Made by a program: the position numbers and the translations under genes. Below, in pieces: positions 30,448 through 41,362 of a DNA stretch of 64,000 nucleotides (the first letter of the stretch is position 1; each line of letters starts with the position of its first letter). This DNA comes from Alphaproteobacteria bacterium (GTDB lineage: Bacteria > Pseudomonadota > Alphaproteobacteria > UBA828), in assembly GCA_965237415.1 (NCBI GenBank), contig CBDEFM010000002.1, positions 1,344,001 through 1,408,000 on the forward strand, written 5' to 3'. Below the pieces are notes generated by a model. It made no database searches. It had not been told where the DNA came from and worked only from the letters and a program-made list of their open reading frames with translations.

Positions 30448-31746
30448 ATGGCAGAGACTCTCTTCACGAATGTCAGGATTTTCGACGGCGGCGCCAAGCG
30501 CCCCTATGCGGGCGAGGTGATGCTCCAGGGCAACCTCATCAAGAATGTCGCCAAGGGTAAGGGCAAGATCAAGGCCAACGGCGCGACGGTGGTGGACGGC
30601 GCGGGCGCGACGCTGATGCCGGGGCTGGTCGAGCCCCATTCCCACGTCTGTTACATCGACAGCACGACCCTACCGGAGATCGGGCGCCTCTCGCCCGAGG
30701 AGCACATGGTGCTCGCGCTCGACAACGCGCGGACGATGCTCGACCAAGGCTTCACCAGCCTCTTCTCGGCTGCCGGCGTTGGCTACAACAAGCTCCGCAT
30801 CGAGCCGGTGCTGCGCGACGTGATCAATGCCGGGCGCTATCCGGGGCCGCGCATCAAGGCGGCCTCGCCCGAGATCGTGTCGTCCGGCGGGCTCGGCGAC
30901 GAGCGCATGTTCCACATGCACCAGGAATCGGTGGGCTACATCGCCGACGGGCCGGACGAGGTGCGCAAGGCCTGCCGCCTCTGCGTGCGCGAAGGCGTGG
31001 ATAACCTCAAGATCAACATCTCCGGCGACGAGTTCTGCCGTCCCGGACAGTCGGAGAGGATCACCTACTTCGATGCCGAGGTCGCCGCAGCGGTCGAAGT
31101 CGCGCGTGAGGCTGGCGTCAACATCATCACGCACGCCAGGGCCGACAAGGCGGTGCGGCTCGCGCTCAAGCACGGCATCGACATCATCTATCACGCGGAC
31201 TACGCGACGAATAAGACCCTCGACATGCTGGAGGCCAAGAAGAAGGACATCTACTTGGCGCCGGCGGTCGGTATCGTCTACACGTTCGCGCACGAGGCCG
31301 CCGAGTGGGGCATCACCCGCGAGGTCGCCGAGAGCTACAACATGTTCTACAAGATGGAGCACACGGTCCGCACCTACCAGGAGGTGCGCAAGCGCGGCAT
31401 TCGGGCCATGCCGGGCGGCGATTACGGCTTCGCCTGGAACCCGATCGGCGCCAATGCCCGCGACATGGAGCACTTCGTCAATCTGTTCGGCTACTCGCCG
31501 GCCGAGGCACTGATCGGCGCCACGAAGTGGGGCGGCGAGCTCATGGGGCTCAACGTCGGCATGGTCAAGGAGGGCTACCTCGCCGACCTGCTGCTGGTCG
31601 ACGGCGATCCTACCAAGGACGTCTCGATCATGCAGGATGCCGACAACCTGCTCATGATCATGAAGGACGGCTCCTATCACCGCGCGCCGAACGAGATCGC
31701 GCTGGCCAAGCGCCGGCGCGCGGCGGCGCCCGCCGCCGCCGAGTAG
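30448..31746 (+). CDS. Amidohydrolase family protein
   Basis: LMPGLVEPHSH metal motif, GVDNLKI, THA, GGDYG, GYLADLLLVDGDP. Confidence 0.92.
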   Translation: MAETLFTNVRIFDGGAKRPYAGEVMLQGNLIKNVAKGKGKIKANGATVVDGAGATLMPGLVEPHSHVCYIDSTTLPEIGRLSPEEHMVLALDNARTMLDQGFTSLFSAAGVGYNKLRIEPVLRDVINAGRYPGPRIKAASPEIVSSGGLGDERMFHMHQESVGYIADGPDEVRKACRLCVREGVDNLKINISGDEFCRPGQSERITYFDAEVAAAVEVAREAGVNIITHARADKAVRLALKHGIDIIYHADYATNKTLDMLEAKKKDIYLAPAVGIVYTFAHEAAEWGITREVAESYNMFYKMEHTVRTYQEVRKRGIRAMPGGDYGFAWNPIGANARDMEHFVNLFGYSPAEALIGATKWGGELMGLNVGMVKEGYLADLLLVDGDPTKDVSIMQDADNLLMIMKDGSYHRAPNEIALAKRRRAAAPAAAE

Positions 31747-31863
31747 GCCGCGCGGGGCGAGCCGCATCGAGGGCCGGGGACCCTTTCCGCCGCCGGCGGA
31801 AGGCCCCGGTCCCGTTTCGGCGCCGCGCCGCGCAGCCCGCGAACGGGGGGTGGGACCGGCCCC

Positions 31864-32646
31864 GTGAAGCTGAGCGACGAGCAGCTTGAGGCCTTCCGCC
31901 GGGACGGCCTGCTGATTCTCCCCGGCCTTTTCTCCGCAGACGAGGTGGCGGCGATCCGCGCCGCGCTGCCGCCGCTCTTCGACGAGGAGTGCGAGGCCAA
32001 CATCCGGGAGAAGGCGGGCACCGCGCCCCGCACCGTCATGGGCCTCCACCGGCGGTGCGATCTCTTCGACCGTCTGGTGCGCCACCCGCGCCTGGTCGAG
32101 CCGGCGCAGCAGATCGCGGGCGACGACCTCTACATCCAGCAGGTCAAGGTCAACGTAAAAGCCGCGTTCGAGGGCGATGTCTGGCAGTGGCACTACGATT
32201 TCGCGACCCATCACCGGGACGATGGCGTGCCGGCACCGCAGGCGCTCAATCTGCACATCCTGCTCGACGAGGTGAGCCACTATAACGGGCCGCTTTACTT
32301 CATTCCCGGCTCCCACCGGCACGAGCCGCTGCCTACCTTCCACGACGTGACGAGCACGAGCTATCCGCTCTGGGTGGTGGATCGGGAAACGGTTACGGGC
32401 CTCATCGCAGACGGTGGCATCACGCCTGCGCGCGGCCCGCCCGGCACGGCGCTCATATTCGGCGACCTGATGGTCCACGGCTCGCCCGGCAACATGTCGC
32501 CCTGGGACCGCGCCATCTTCTCGCTCATCCTCAACCCGGTCGCCAACGCCCAGACCGCCTTCGCCCGGCCCGAGCACAAGCACCACACCGATTTTTCGCC
32601 GGTGGTGCCGCTCGCCGACGATTGCCTGCTCGCGCCGGACGCATGA
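31864..32646 (+). CDS. PhyH-family Fe/2-oxoglutarate dioxygenase (ectoine/proline hydroxylase-like)
   Basis: [18 protein letters not shown] (HxD), [22 protein letters not shown]. Confidence 0.88.
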   Translation: MKLSDEQLEAFRRDGLLILPGLFSADEVAAIRAALPPLFDEECEANIREKAGTAPRTVMGLHRRCDLFDRLVRHPRLVEPAQQIAGDDLYIQQVKVNVKAAFEGDVWQWHYDFATHHRDDGVPAPQALNLHILLDEVSHYNGPLYFIPGSHRHEPLPTFHDVTSTSYPLWVVDRETVTGLIADGGITPARGPPGTALIFGDLMVHGSPGNMSPWDRAIFSLILNPVANAQTAFARPEHKHHTDFSPVVPLADDCLLAPDA

Positions 32647-32653
32647 CCGGCCC

Positions 32654-33970
32654 ATGAGCGATCCGCCGGCGCTCGAGCCGGGCTATTTCCTCGACAGCCT
32701 GCGAACGGCCGACCCGGAGGTCCACGCGGCGCTCGCGGGCGAGCTCGAACGCCAGCAGAACGGGATCGAGCTGATCGCGTCGGAGAACCTGGTTAGCCAG
32801 GCGAGCCTGGAGGCGCTGGGGTCCATCATCGTCAACAAGACCGTGGAGGGCCGGCCCGGCGGGCGCTACTACGGCGGCGCGGAGTTCGCCGACCGGATCG
32901 AGACCCTCGCCATCGAGCGAGCCAAGACGCTCTTCGGCTGTGGCTTTGCCAATGTCCAACCCCATTCCGGCAGCCAGGCCAACCAGGCGGTCTTCCTCGC
33001 GTTGCTCAAGCCGGGCGACACGCTGCTCAGCATGGCGCTGGATGCCGGCGGCCATCTGAGCCACGGGGCGGCCCCGAATCTCACCGGCAAGTGGTTCAAC
33101 CCGGTTCGCTACGGCACCGATGCCTCGGGCTTCATCGACATGGATGAGGTCGAGCGTCTCGCGCACGAGCACCGGCCCAAGCTCATCATCTGCGGCGGCT
33201 CGGCCTACCCGCGCGCGATCGACTTCGCGGGCTTTCGGGCCATCGCCGATTCGGTGGATGCCATGCTGCTCGCCGACATGGCCCATTTCGCCGGGCTCGT
33301 GGCCGGCGGCGCGCACCCGAGCCCCCTCCCCCACGCCCACGTCACGACGGCAACCACCTACAAGAACCTGCGCGGCGGGCGCGGCGGGATCATACTCACC
33401 GACGATCCCACGCTCGCGCGCAAGCTCGACAGCGCGGTCTTCCCGGGCGTGCAAGGCAGCGTGATCCTCAACGCGGTCGCGGCGAAGGCGGTCTGCCTGG
33501 GCGAGGCGCTCAAGCCAGAATTCAAGACATACGCGGCGCGAGTGCTCGCCAATGCGAGAGCCCTCGCCGATACGCTGATGCAGCGCGGCATCGCCGTCGT
33601 CGCCGGCGGCACGGACACACCGCTGCTGGTGGCCGACCTGCGCCCCCTCGGGCTCACCGGCGCGGCGGCGTCCGACAGCCTGGAGGCCGCCGGCCTCACC
33701 TGCAACAAGAACGCGGTGCCGGGCGACACGCAGCCGCCCAAAGTGACGTCGGGGTTGCGCTTCGGCTCGGCAGCCGGAACCACACGGGGATTCGGCGAGG
33801 CCGAGTTCCGCCGCATCGGCGGCTGGATCGCCGACGTGCTGCACGCCATGGAAGCGTCTGGCGCGCGCGACGAGACCCTCGAACGGACCATCCGCACCGA
33901 GGTGCGGGCGCTGTGCCGCGCCTTCTCGATTTATCCCGAACTCACCACGGGCACGCCGAAGGGGCGTTAG
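32654..33970 (+). CDS. Serine hydroxymethyltransferase-family protein with atypical active site
   Basis: [34 protein letters not shown]; non-canonical [27 protein letters not shown]. Confidence 0.9.
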   Translation: MSDPPALEPGYFLDSLRTADPEVHAALAGELERQQNGIELIASENLVSQASLEALGSIIVNKTVEGRPGGRYYGGAEFADRIETLAIERAKTLFGCGFANVQPHSGSQANQAVFLALLKPGDTLLSMALDAGGHLSHGAAPNLTGKWFNPVRYGTDASGFIDMDEVERLAHEHRPKLIICGGSAYPRAIDFAGFRAIADSVDAMLLADMAHFAGLVAGGAHPSPLPHAHVTTATTYKNLRGGRGGIILTDDPTLARKLDSAVFPGVQGSVILNAVAAKAVCLGEALKPEFKTYAARVLANARALADTLMQRGIAVVAGGTDTPLLVADLRPLGLTGAAASDSLEAAGLTCNKNAVPGDTQPPKVTSGLRFGSAAGTTRGFGEAEFRRIGGWIADVLHAMEASGARDETLERTIRTEVRALCRAFSIYPELTTGTPKGR

Positions 33971-34006
33971 GTCAGTAACCGGCTGCCCTGGCGGTACCAA
34001 TCCGCC

Positions 34007-34272
34007 AGCCCGCAATTCTCACCAAGGTCATGGCCTGCGCGACGCTGTCCGGCCGAGAGAGCAGGAAAGGCGCGCAGCGCGATGTGGTGCATCGGGCAAG
34101 CGCCTAGACGCACTCTGTCGGCCGGACAGCGTCGCCCTTCGGGTCGCGCCCAGGCGTCCGCCCGCGGCGTCGCGGGCCTCAACCGTAGCCCCGCTACGCT
34201 TTTCGGCCCGCTCCTGGCGGATCGAACGCCTGGGCGCGACGCAGGCCGTGACCCTGGTGAGAATTGCGGGCT
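34007..34272. mobile_element. ~266-bp MITE-like repeat, copy 1
   Basis: TIRs AGCCCGCAATTCTCACCA...TGGTGAGAATTGCGGGCT; related copy in opposite orientation at 43963-44230. Confidence 0.85.
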
Positions 34273-34310
34273 AGAGTGCGCGGCCATTTTCATCGACGCG
34301 GGAGCCGGCT

Positions 34311-35288
34311 GTGGACCTACCCCTCGAGCCGAGACTGAGCATCGGCTACCAGAATGTGCTGACGCCATCGGGATACGACGACACGGAGGGGTCGGCGGTA
34401 GGCGGCGACCTGCCCGAGACTGTCCGCCTGCTCGATGCATTGGGTTTCGATTCGATCTGGTCCGGCGATCACGTGGCCTTTGCCGGGCCGATCCTCGATC
34501 CGCTGATGCAGCTCGCGCAGGCAGCGGCGCTGAGCGACCGGCTCAAGATCGGCACGGCCGTCTACCTGCTGCCGCTCCGCCATCCCGCGCCAGTGGCGAA
34601 ACAGGTCGCGACCCTCGATACGATCTCGAACGGGCGCGTGATCTTCGGCGTCGGAGTCGGCGGCGAGTTCCCGATCGAATACGAGCTTTGCGGCGTGCCG
34701 GTGGAAGAACGCGGCGCCCGGCTCAGTGAGGGCATTCGCGTGCTGCGCGGCCTCTGGTCCGGCCGCCCGGTCGCCAACGATGGCCGCTTCTATCCATTCT
34801 CCGAGGTCGCGATTGAGCCGCCGCCCGCGCAACCGGGCGGCCCCCCGATCTGGTGCGGCGGCCGCGCCGACCCAGCGCTCCGCCGCGCAGGCCGGCTCGC
34901 CGACGGCTGGATGTCTTATGTCATCGATCCTGAGCGCTACCGCCGTTCGCTCGAGACCATCGCCGCGGCGGCAACCGCCGCCGATCGCAAGCTGGATCGC
35001 TTCGGCACATCGCATTTGCTGTTCGTGAGGCTCGACAAGGACCGCGACAGCGCCCTCGAGTTCGCGGCCAAGTTCCTGAGCGTCCGTTACGCGATGGATT
35101 TCAGCCGCGCCGCCGAGCGCTACTGCGCGCTCGGAGAGCCGGCGGCGGTGGCGGAGGCGATCCGGGCATTCCACACGGCCGGGATGCGCCATCTCGTGCT
35201 GAACATGCTTGCGCCGGAGAGCGAGAAGGCGGCGCATCTGCAACGCTTCGCGGACGACGTGATGCCGCTGCTCGCAGACCTGCGCTGA
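34311..35288 (+). CDS. LLM class flavin-dependent oxidoreductase
   Basis: GFDSIWSGDH, IGTAVYLLPLRHP, TLDTISNGRVIFGVGVGGE. Confidence 0.92.
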   Translation: MDLPLEPRLSIGYQNVLTPSGYDDTEGSAVGGDLPETVRLLDALGFDSIWSGDHVAFAGPILDPLMQLAQAAALSDRLKIGTAVYLLPLRHPAPVAKQVATLDTISNGRVIFGVGVGGEFPIEYELCGVPVEERGARLSEGIRVLRGLWSGRPVANDGRFYPFSEVAIEPPPAQPGGPPIWCGGRADPALRRAGRLADGWMSYVIDPERYRRSLETIAAAATAADRKLDRFGTSHLLFVRLDKDRDSALEFAAKFLSVRYAMDFSRAAERYCALGEPAAVAEAIRAFHTAGMRHLVLNMLAPESEKAAHLQRFADDVMPLLADLR

Positions 35289-35302
35289 GCCGGCGCCACG
35301 CC

Positions 35303-36499
35303 ATGACTGCCGCCTTCCTCCTCTACGTGAACCCGCGCCACGCGCCTGTGCCGGGGAGCGACGACGATGGCCACCCGGTGATCCTGCCGGAGCGCCGCGC
35401 CGCGGCCCGCTCCGCAATCACGGGCTTCGAGGGCTACCGGCCCACACCGTTGCATCGGCTGACGGGCCTCGCGGAGACGCTCGGCATCGCGGAACTGTGG
35501 CTCAAGGACGAGAGCGGGCGCTTCGGCCTCGGCAGCTTCAAGGCGCTGGGCGGTGCATACGCAGTCGTGCACTTGCTGCGCGAGCGAGTGGGAGATGACG
35601 TCTCCATCGCCGACGTCGCTGCAGGCCGCGCCGCGGCGCGCGTCAACGACATGACCGTCTGCTGCGCGACCGACGGCAACCACGGGCTCGCCGTGGCGTG
35701 GGGTGCGCGGCGCGCCGGTGCCAGGTGCAGGGTGTTCCTGCCGGGGCCGGTGAGCGAGGGCCGCGAGTGCGCCATCGCCGCCCAGGGCGCCGAGATCGTG
35801 CGCGTCTCAGGCAGCTATGACGAGGCGGTGCGCGCCTGCGCGGAGGAAGCGCACGCCAGGGGCTGGCTGCTGGTCTCCGACACGTCGCATGCCGGCGGCG
35901 ACGAGGCGCCGAGCCGGGTCATGCACGGCTACGCCATGCTGGTGGACGAGATCAGGGCGGCGCTGGCGGGGCCAACACCGACTCATCTCTTCGTCCAGGC
36001 AGGCGTCGGCGGGCTTGCCGCCGCGGCGATCGGCGCCTTCCGTCAGGACTGCGGCGACGACAGCCCGAAGGGCGTGGTGGTCGAGCCGACGAAGGCCGAC
36101 TGCCTCTATCAGAGCGCAGTCAACGGAGTGCCGAGCCCCGCCTCCGGCGATCTCGACACGGTGATGGCCTGCCTCGCCGCCGCCGAAGTCTCGCCGCTGG
36201 CCTGGCAGGTTCTGGATCGGGGCGCCTTCGCCTTCATGGCGCTCGACGATGAGGGCGCCGTCGATGCCATGCGCCGCGCCGCCACGCCGGCCGAGGGCGA
36301 CCCGCCGCTCGTGCTGGGCGAATCCGGCGCCGCCGCGCTTGGCGGGCTGATTGCCGTGGCAGGCGAGAGGGAGGCGCGGGAGGCGCTCGGGATGAACGAG
36401 GCATCGCGGGTGCTGGTGATCGGCAGCGAAGGCGCGACCGACCCCGACATCTACCGCCGGTTGGTCGGCCGCGACCCAGCCGCCGTCGCGGCCGGCTGA
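35303..36499 (+). CDS. dpaL: Diaminopropionate ammonia-lyase
   Basis: YRPTPL, KDESGRFGLGSFKALGG, ATDGNHG, QAGVGG, GESGAA, SEGATDP. Confidence 0.88.
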   Translation: MTAAFLLYVNPRHAPVPGSDDDGHPVILPERRAAARSAITGFEGYRPTPLHRLTGLAETLGIAELWLKDESGRFGLGSFKALGGAYAVVHLLRERVGDDVSIADVAAGRAAARVNDMTVCCATDGNHGLAVAWGARRAGARCRVFLPGPVSEGRECAIAAQGAEIVRVSGSYDEAVRACAEEAHARGWLLVSDTSHAGGDEAPSRVMHGYAMLVDEIRAALAGPTPTHLFVQAGVGGLAAAAIGAFRQDCGDDSPKGVVVEPTKADCLYQSAVNGVPSPASGDLDTVMACLAAAEVSPLAWQVLDRGAFAFMALDDEGAVDAMRRAATPAEGDPPLVLGESGAAALGGLIAVAGEREAREALGMNEASRVLVIGSEGATDPDIYRRLVGRDPAAVAAG

Positions 36500-36528
36500 G
36501 CGCCCGAAACACCGGGGCCGCGCCGACG

Positions 36529-36819
36529 ATGAGCGACAGCCTTGACGACCTCGACATCAGGCGCCGGCGGCTGCGCTATCGTTCGGCACGCACCGGCACC
36601 AAGGAGACCGACCTCCTGGTCGGCGAAGTGATTGCCCGTCTCGGCCACGAGCTCCCGCCGGAGGAAGTGGCGCAGGCGGAACGGCTGCTGACCGCGAACG
36701 ACGTCGACATCACGAACTGGATCAGCGGGCGGACGCCGGTGCCGGCGGAACACGACACGCCCTTTCTCGCACGCCTGAGGCGCGAGGCCTTGAACCGGCA
36801 TCGCGACAATCGCTGTTGA
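36529..36819 (+). CDS. sdhE: Succinate dehydrogenase assembly factor 2 (SdhE/Sdh5)
   Basis: RRRRLRYRS..TGTKETDLL; usual position upstream of mfd. Confidence 0.85.
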   Translation: MSDSLDDLDIRRRRLRYRSARTGTKETDLLVGEVIARLGHELPPEEVAQAERLLTANDVDITNWISGRTPVPAEHDTPFLARLRREALNRHRDNRC

Positions 36820-39800
36820 CCATGCTCGTCTCCAACCGCTGCCTAGGTGCCTTAGCCGAGCCGGGGCAGACGACCCTCGGTGGGGTTCCCGAAGGCTTCG
36901 CCGCGGCGGTTCTGCTCGGGCTCGCGGAGACGCAAGCAGCGCCGGTGCTCTACATCGCCCGCGACGACGCCAGGCTCGCGCGGCTCTCCGCGATGCTGGC
37001 CTTCTTCGATCCCGACTGCGCTCCGGTCACCATCCCGGCCTGGGATTGCCTGCCGTACGACCGGGTCTCGCCGCGCGCCGATATCGCGAGCCGGCGGCTC
37101 GCCGGTCTCGTCCGGCTGCTGGATGACGGCGCGACACGGCCCAAGATCGTGCTCACCACCGTCAACGCTGCCCTCCAACGGGTGCCGCCACGCACGATGC
37201 TGGCCGACGCGACCCTGCCGCTCGAAGCCGGCGCCTCGCTCGATACCGAGACCCTGCTCGGCTATCTGGAGCGCAACGGGTTCGTCCGCACCGGCACGGT
37301 GATGGAGGCCGGCGACTACGCCGTGCGCGGCGGCATCGTGGATATCTTCCCCCCCAACGCCGAGCGCCCGGTGCGGCTCGATTTCTTTGGCGACGTCATC
37401 GAGTCCATGCGCTGGTTCGATCCGCTGACGCAGCGGCGCGACGAGCCTGCAGGCCCCCTCGCCCTCGCGCCGGTCAGCGAGGTGCTGCTGACGCCGCAGT
37501 CGATCGCGCGCTTCCGCGCCGCGTACCGCCGCGCGTTCGGCGCCGTGACCCGGGATGACCCGCTCTACGAGTCGGTCTCCGCCGCGCGCCGCTATCCCGG
37601 TATCGAGCACTGGCTGCCGCTGTTCCACGACGGGCTGGAGACGCTCTTCGACTACGTGCCGGAGGGCCCGGTCCTGCTCGACCATCGCGGGGTGGAGGCG
37701 CGCGACGACCGCTTCGAGACGATTGCGGATTTCTTCGACGCGCGCGCCAACCCGCCGACCTCGACGATCGCGGAGGTGCCCTATCACCCGGTCGCGCCCG
37801 CGGCGCTCTTTCTCGACGCGGACGAATGGGGGCGGCTGCTTGCGGACCGCCCGGTCGTGCACTGCTCGCCGTTCGTGGAGACAGAAGGCGGAGCAGACGC
37901 CGGCGCCCGCGACGGGCGGGACTTCGTTGCCGAGCGCACGCAGCGCAGCGGGTCGCTGTTCGAGACCGTGAGCGATCACATCGACCGGCTGCAGGAGAGC
38001 GGCCTCAGGATCCTGATCGCGAGCGGCGGCGCCGGCAGCCGGGACCGTATGGTCCGTCTGCTGCGCGAGCACGGCGTGCACGGGATCGAGCCGGTGGCCG
38101 ACTGGCGGGGGGCCTCTGCACTGCCGCCGGCTATCGCAGCAGCCGCGGTGCTGCAGCTGGAGCGGGGATTCGTCGCGGCGGGGCTCGCCGTGATCGCCGA
38201 GCAGGACATCCTCGGTGCGCGCGCGAGCCGGCCGGAGCGACGGCGGCGGAAGCCTGCCGAGGAATTTCTGGTCGACGCGGCGGCGCTGGCGGATGGCGAC
38301 CTGGTCGTGCACGTCGACCACGGCATCGGCCGCTACGACGGCCTGGTCACCCTGGAAGTCGATCACGCGCCGCACGATTGCCTGCGCATCCTCTATGACG
38401 GCGACGACCGGCTGTTCCTGCCCGTCGAAAACATCGAGCTCTTGTCCCGCTACGGCTCGGCCGACCAGCCAGTCTCGCTGGACCGGCTCGGCGGCGCCGC
38501 CTGGCAGGCGCGTAAGGCAAAGCTCAAGCAGCGCATCCGCGACATGGCGATCCAGCTCATCGGGCTTGCGGCCGAGCGCGCGACGCGGCCCGCGCCGCAG
38601 CTGGCAGCGCCGGGCGCTCTCTACGACGCCTTCTGCGCGGGCTTTCCCTATGTCGAGACCGAGGATCAGGCACGCGCCATCGACGAGACGATCGGCGACC
38701 TCGATGCCGGGCGAGCGATGGACCGGTTGGTGTGCGGCGACGTCGGATTCGGCAAGACGGAGGTGGCGCTGCGCGCAGCCTTCCACGCGGTGAACGCCGG
38801 CAAGCAGGTCGCGGTGCTGACACCCACCACTCTGCTCAGCCGGCAACATCTCCAGACTTTCAAAGAGCGTTTCGCCCGGTTGCCGGTGGAGATCGCCCAG
38901 CTCTCGCGCCTGGTGCCGGCCAGGGAGCAAGCGGCGATCAAGCGCGGCATCGCAGGCGGCGCGATCGACATCGTCATCGGCACCCATGCGCTGCTCGGCC
39001 CCTCCATCGCCTTCAACGACCTCGGCCTCGTCGTCGTAGACGAGGAGCAGCATTTTGGCGTCGCCCACAAGGAGCGCCTGAAGCGCCTCAGGGCCGAGGC
39101 TCATGTGCTGACACTCACCGCAACGCCGATCCCACGCACCTTGCAAATGGCGCTGAGCGGCGTGCGCGATATGAGCGTCATCGCGACCCCGCCGGTGGAC
39201 CGGCTCGCCGTGCGCACCTTCATCCTGCCCTACGACCCGATGGTCGTGCGCGAAGCGCTGATGCGCGAGCATTTGCGGGGCGGGCAGATCTTCTATGTGT
39301 GCCCGCGCATCGCCGACCTCAACGAGGCGGCCGAGCGCGTGCGCCAGCTTGTGCCCGAGGTGAAGGTCGCCATCGCCCACGGCCGGCTCGCGGCGCGCAC
39401 CCTCGATTCGATCATGGGCGACTTCTACGACGGCAAGTTCGACGTTCTGGTCTCCACCGCGATCATCGAATCGGGGCTCGACCTGCAGCGGGTCAACACC
39501 ATGATCGTGCATCGCGCCGATCGCTTCGGGCTGGCCCAGCTCTATCAGCTACGCGGGCGGATCGGTCGGGCCAAGCTGCGCGGCTACGCCTATCTCACGC
39601 TCCCGCCCGGGCTCAGGCTTACCGACACCGCGCACAAGCGGCTCCAGGTCATTCACCGGCTCGACGGACTCGGGGCCGGCTTCAGCCTGGCGAGCCACGA
39701 CCTCGACATCAGGGGCGCGGGCAACCTGCTCGGGCCCGAGCAATCGGGCCACATCCGCGAGATCGGGATCGAGCTCTACCAGCACATGCTGGAGGAAGCC

Positions 39801-40310
39801 GTGGCCACGGCGCGGGCCGCCGCCGGTGGCGAGGCGCCGCCTGCCGAGCGCTGGTCGCCCACCATCAGCCTCGGCACCTCGGTGCTGATCCCCGAGAGCT
39901 ACGTGCGGGACCTCGACGTGCGGCTCACGCTCTATCGCCGGGTCGCGACCCTGGAAGACCAGGCCGGGATCGACGACTTCGTCGACGAGCTGACCGACCG
40001 ATTCGGCCCGCCGCCGGCGTCCGTTCACCACCTGCTGGAGATCATGGCGATCAAGCAGCTCTGCCGCCAAAGCGGCATCGAGCGTGTCGAGGCCGGGCCC
40101 AAGGGCGCGGTGCTGAGCTTCCGGGACGGCGGTGCGGTCGACCCTGCGGCCCTGGTCCGCTACGTGTCGGCGCCCGAGAACGAGGTGCGCCTCCGGCCGG
40201 ACAGCCGCCTCATCGTCACGCGCCGCTGGCCCGATACGGAGGCGCGGCTGGAGGGCGTCCAACGCATCCTGCGGGACCTCTCCGCGCTCGCCGGGGATTC
40301 CGTGCCGTAG
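36816..40310 (+). CDS. mfd: Transcription-repair coupling factor
   Basis: [54 protein letters not shown]. Confidence 0.97.
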   Translation: MTMLVSNRCLGALAEPGQTTLGGVPEGFAAAVLLGLAETQAAPVLYIARDDARLARLSAMLAFFDPDCAPVTIPAWDCLPYDRVSPRADIASRRLAGLVRLLDDGATRPKIVLTTVNAALQRVPPRTMLADATLPLEAGASLDTETLLGYLERNGFVRTGTVMEAGDYAVRGGIVDIFPPNAERPVRLDFFGDVIESMRWFDPLTQRRDEPAGPLALAPVSEVLLTPQSIARFRAAYRRAFGAVTRDDPLYESVSAARRYPGIEHWLPLFHDGLETLFDYVPEGPVLLDHRGVEARDDRFETIADFFDARANPPTSTIAEVPYHPVAPAALFLDADEWGRLLADRPVVHCSPFVETEGGADAGARDGRDFVAERTQRSGSLFETVSDHIDRLQESGLRILIASGGAGSRDRMVRLLREHGVHGIEPVADWRGASALPPAIAAAAVLQLERGFVAAGLAVIAEQDILGARASRPERRRRKPAEEFLVDAAALADGDLVVHVDHGIGRYDGLVTLEVDHAPHDCLRILYDGDDRLFLPVENIELLSRYGSADQPVSLDRLGGAAWQARKAKLKQRIRDMAIQLIGLAAERATRPAPQLAAPGALYDAFCAGFPYVETEDQARAIDETIGDLDAGRAMDRLVCGDVGFGKTEVALRAAFHAVNAGKQVAVLTPTTLLSRQHLQTFKERFARLPVEIAQLSRLVPAREQAAIKRGIAGGAIDIVIGTHALLGPSIAFNDLGLVVVDEEQHFGVAHKERLKRLRAEAHVLTLTATPIPRTLQMALSGVRDMSVIATPPVDRLAVRTFILPYDPMVVREALMREHLRGGQIFYVCPRIADLNEAAERVRQLVPEVKVAIAHGRLAARTLDSIMGDFYDGKFDVLVSTAIIESGLDLQRVNTMIVHRADRFGLAQLYQLRGRIGRAKLRGYAYLTLPPGLRLTDTAHKRLQVIHRLDGLGAGFSLASHDLDIRGAGNLLGPEQSGHIREIGIELYQHMLEEAVATARAAAGGEAPPAERWSPTISLGTSVLIPESYVRDLDVRLTLYRRVATLEDQAGIDDFVDELTDRFGPPPASVHHLLEIMAIKQLCRQSGIERVEAGPKGAVLSFRDGGAVDPAALVRYVSAPENEVRLRPDSRLIVTRRWPDTEARLEGVQRILRDLSALAGDSVP

Positions 40311-40343
40311 GCCGCCGGCCCGCCATCCAAGACACCGGTTCCC

Positions 40344-40372
40344 TTGCCGGCAGTCTATACATATGCTATACG
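40344..40372 (+). promoter_or_regulatory. Putative sigma70 promoter/operator of the TA operon
   Basis: TTGCCG-N17-TATACG; AT-rich spacer with repeated CTATAC. Confidence 0.35.
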
Positions 40373-40420
40373 CCCCTCTCTGACGGTCCTGAGTCCGCAA
40401 CCCGCGTGAAGGAAGCCGCA

Positions 40421-40678
40421 ATGGCCCAGGTCAACTTCCGGATATCCGAAGAGCGCCTCGCCTTCATCGACCGTGCGGCGGCGATCCGGGGCGTCACGCG
40501 GACCGAGTTCGTGCTGCGGTCGAGCGAGGCGGCGGCAATCGAGACCCTGAACGAGCGTCCGATCATCGCCCTCGACGACGAGGCCTGGGAGGCGTTCACC
40601 GCCGCGTTGGACGCGCCGGTGGATCCCGATCCCGCCGTGAAGGAGCGTTACGCGCGCCGGCCGCAGTGGGACCGGTAG
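40421..40678 (+). CDS. DUF1778 family RHH antitoxin
   Basis: VNFRISEE...IDRAA...TRTEFVL...IALDDEAWEAFTAALDAP; overlaps the GNAT gene. Confidence 0.9.
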   Translation: MAQVNFRISEERLAFIDRAAAIRGVTRTEFVLRSSEAAAIETLNERPIIALDDEAWEAFTAALDAPVDPDPAVKERYARRPQWDR

Positions 40679-41169
40679 CGGCGCCGGAGCCGCTCGGCGC
40701 CCAGCACGACGTCTCGCAATTCTCATCGGGCGTGCCTGCCCTCGACGCCTGGCTGCAGGGCAAGGCGCGCCTCAACGAAGCCAAGGGCGGCGCACGCACC
40801 TATGTCGCCTGCGACGGTGAACGCGTTGCCGGCTTCTACAGCCTGGCCGCCAGCGCCATCGAGAAGCGGCGGCTCTCATCCCGGGCCGGCCGCAACATGC
40901 CGGAGCCGGTCCCGGTCATCCTGTTGGGACAGCTTGCCGTGGACAGCGCCTACCAGGGTCGGCGGCTCGGCTCGGACCTGCTGGTCGACGCCGCGCGCCG
41001 CGCCCGGGCTGCGGCAGAGGTCATCGGCGCCCGCGCCATCGTGGTGCAGGCCATCGACGAGCGGGCCAAGGCATTTTATGGACGATTCGGTTTCCGTCCG
41101 TTCTCGGATCGCGAGCCCCTGATGCTGGTCCTGCGCATGTCCGAACTGGACGCGTTGCTGGAAGCGTGA
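40666..41169 (+). CDS. GNAT acetyltransferase toxin (TacT/AtaT-like)
   Basis: FSSGVPALDAWL, GFYSLA, PVILLGQLAVD..YQGRRLGSDLL, AFYGRFGF. Confidence 0.9.
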   Translation: MGPVAAPEPLGAQHDVSQFSSGVPALDAWLQGKARLNEAKGGARTYVACDGERVAGFYSLAASAIEKRRLSSRAGRNMPEPVPVILLGQLAVDSAYQGRRLGSDLLVDAARRARAAAEVIGARAIVVQAIDERAKAFYGRFGFRPFSDREPLMLVLRMSELDALLEA

Positions 41170-41229
41170 GCTGCTCAGCTCGAGGGCGTGCGGCTCGTGC
41201 TGTGGGACCTCTCAAGCCCTACCACTCAC

Positions 41230-41316
41230 CGTCATGCCCGGACTCGTTCCGGGCATCCATTTGGGGCCAGGTACAGCGAAGAGCCGTGGATGGCCGGGAC
41301 AAGCCCGGCCATGACG
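41230..41316. repeat. Alphaproteobacterial REP-like palindromic element, copy 1
   Basis: CGTCATGCCCGGACTCGTTCCGGGCATCCA...TGGATGGCCGGGACAAGCCCGGCCATGACG; between convergent genes. Confidence 0.85.
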
Positions 41317-41362
41317 AAAGGGGGATGGAGCGCCCAATAATGCGAACCCTCCGATCAGGACA

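Noticed and set aside
31770-31815. GC-rich hairpin after the amidohydrolase as a terminator
   Set aside because: Stem is present but there is no convincing U-tract; function cannot be supported
38732-40420. 648-aa ORF apparently fusing to the antitoxin
   Set aside because: Alternative frame of mfd; the real antitoxin starts at ATG 40421
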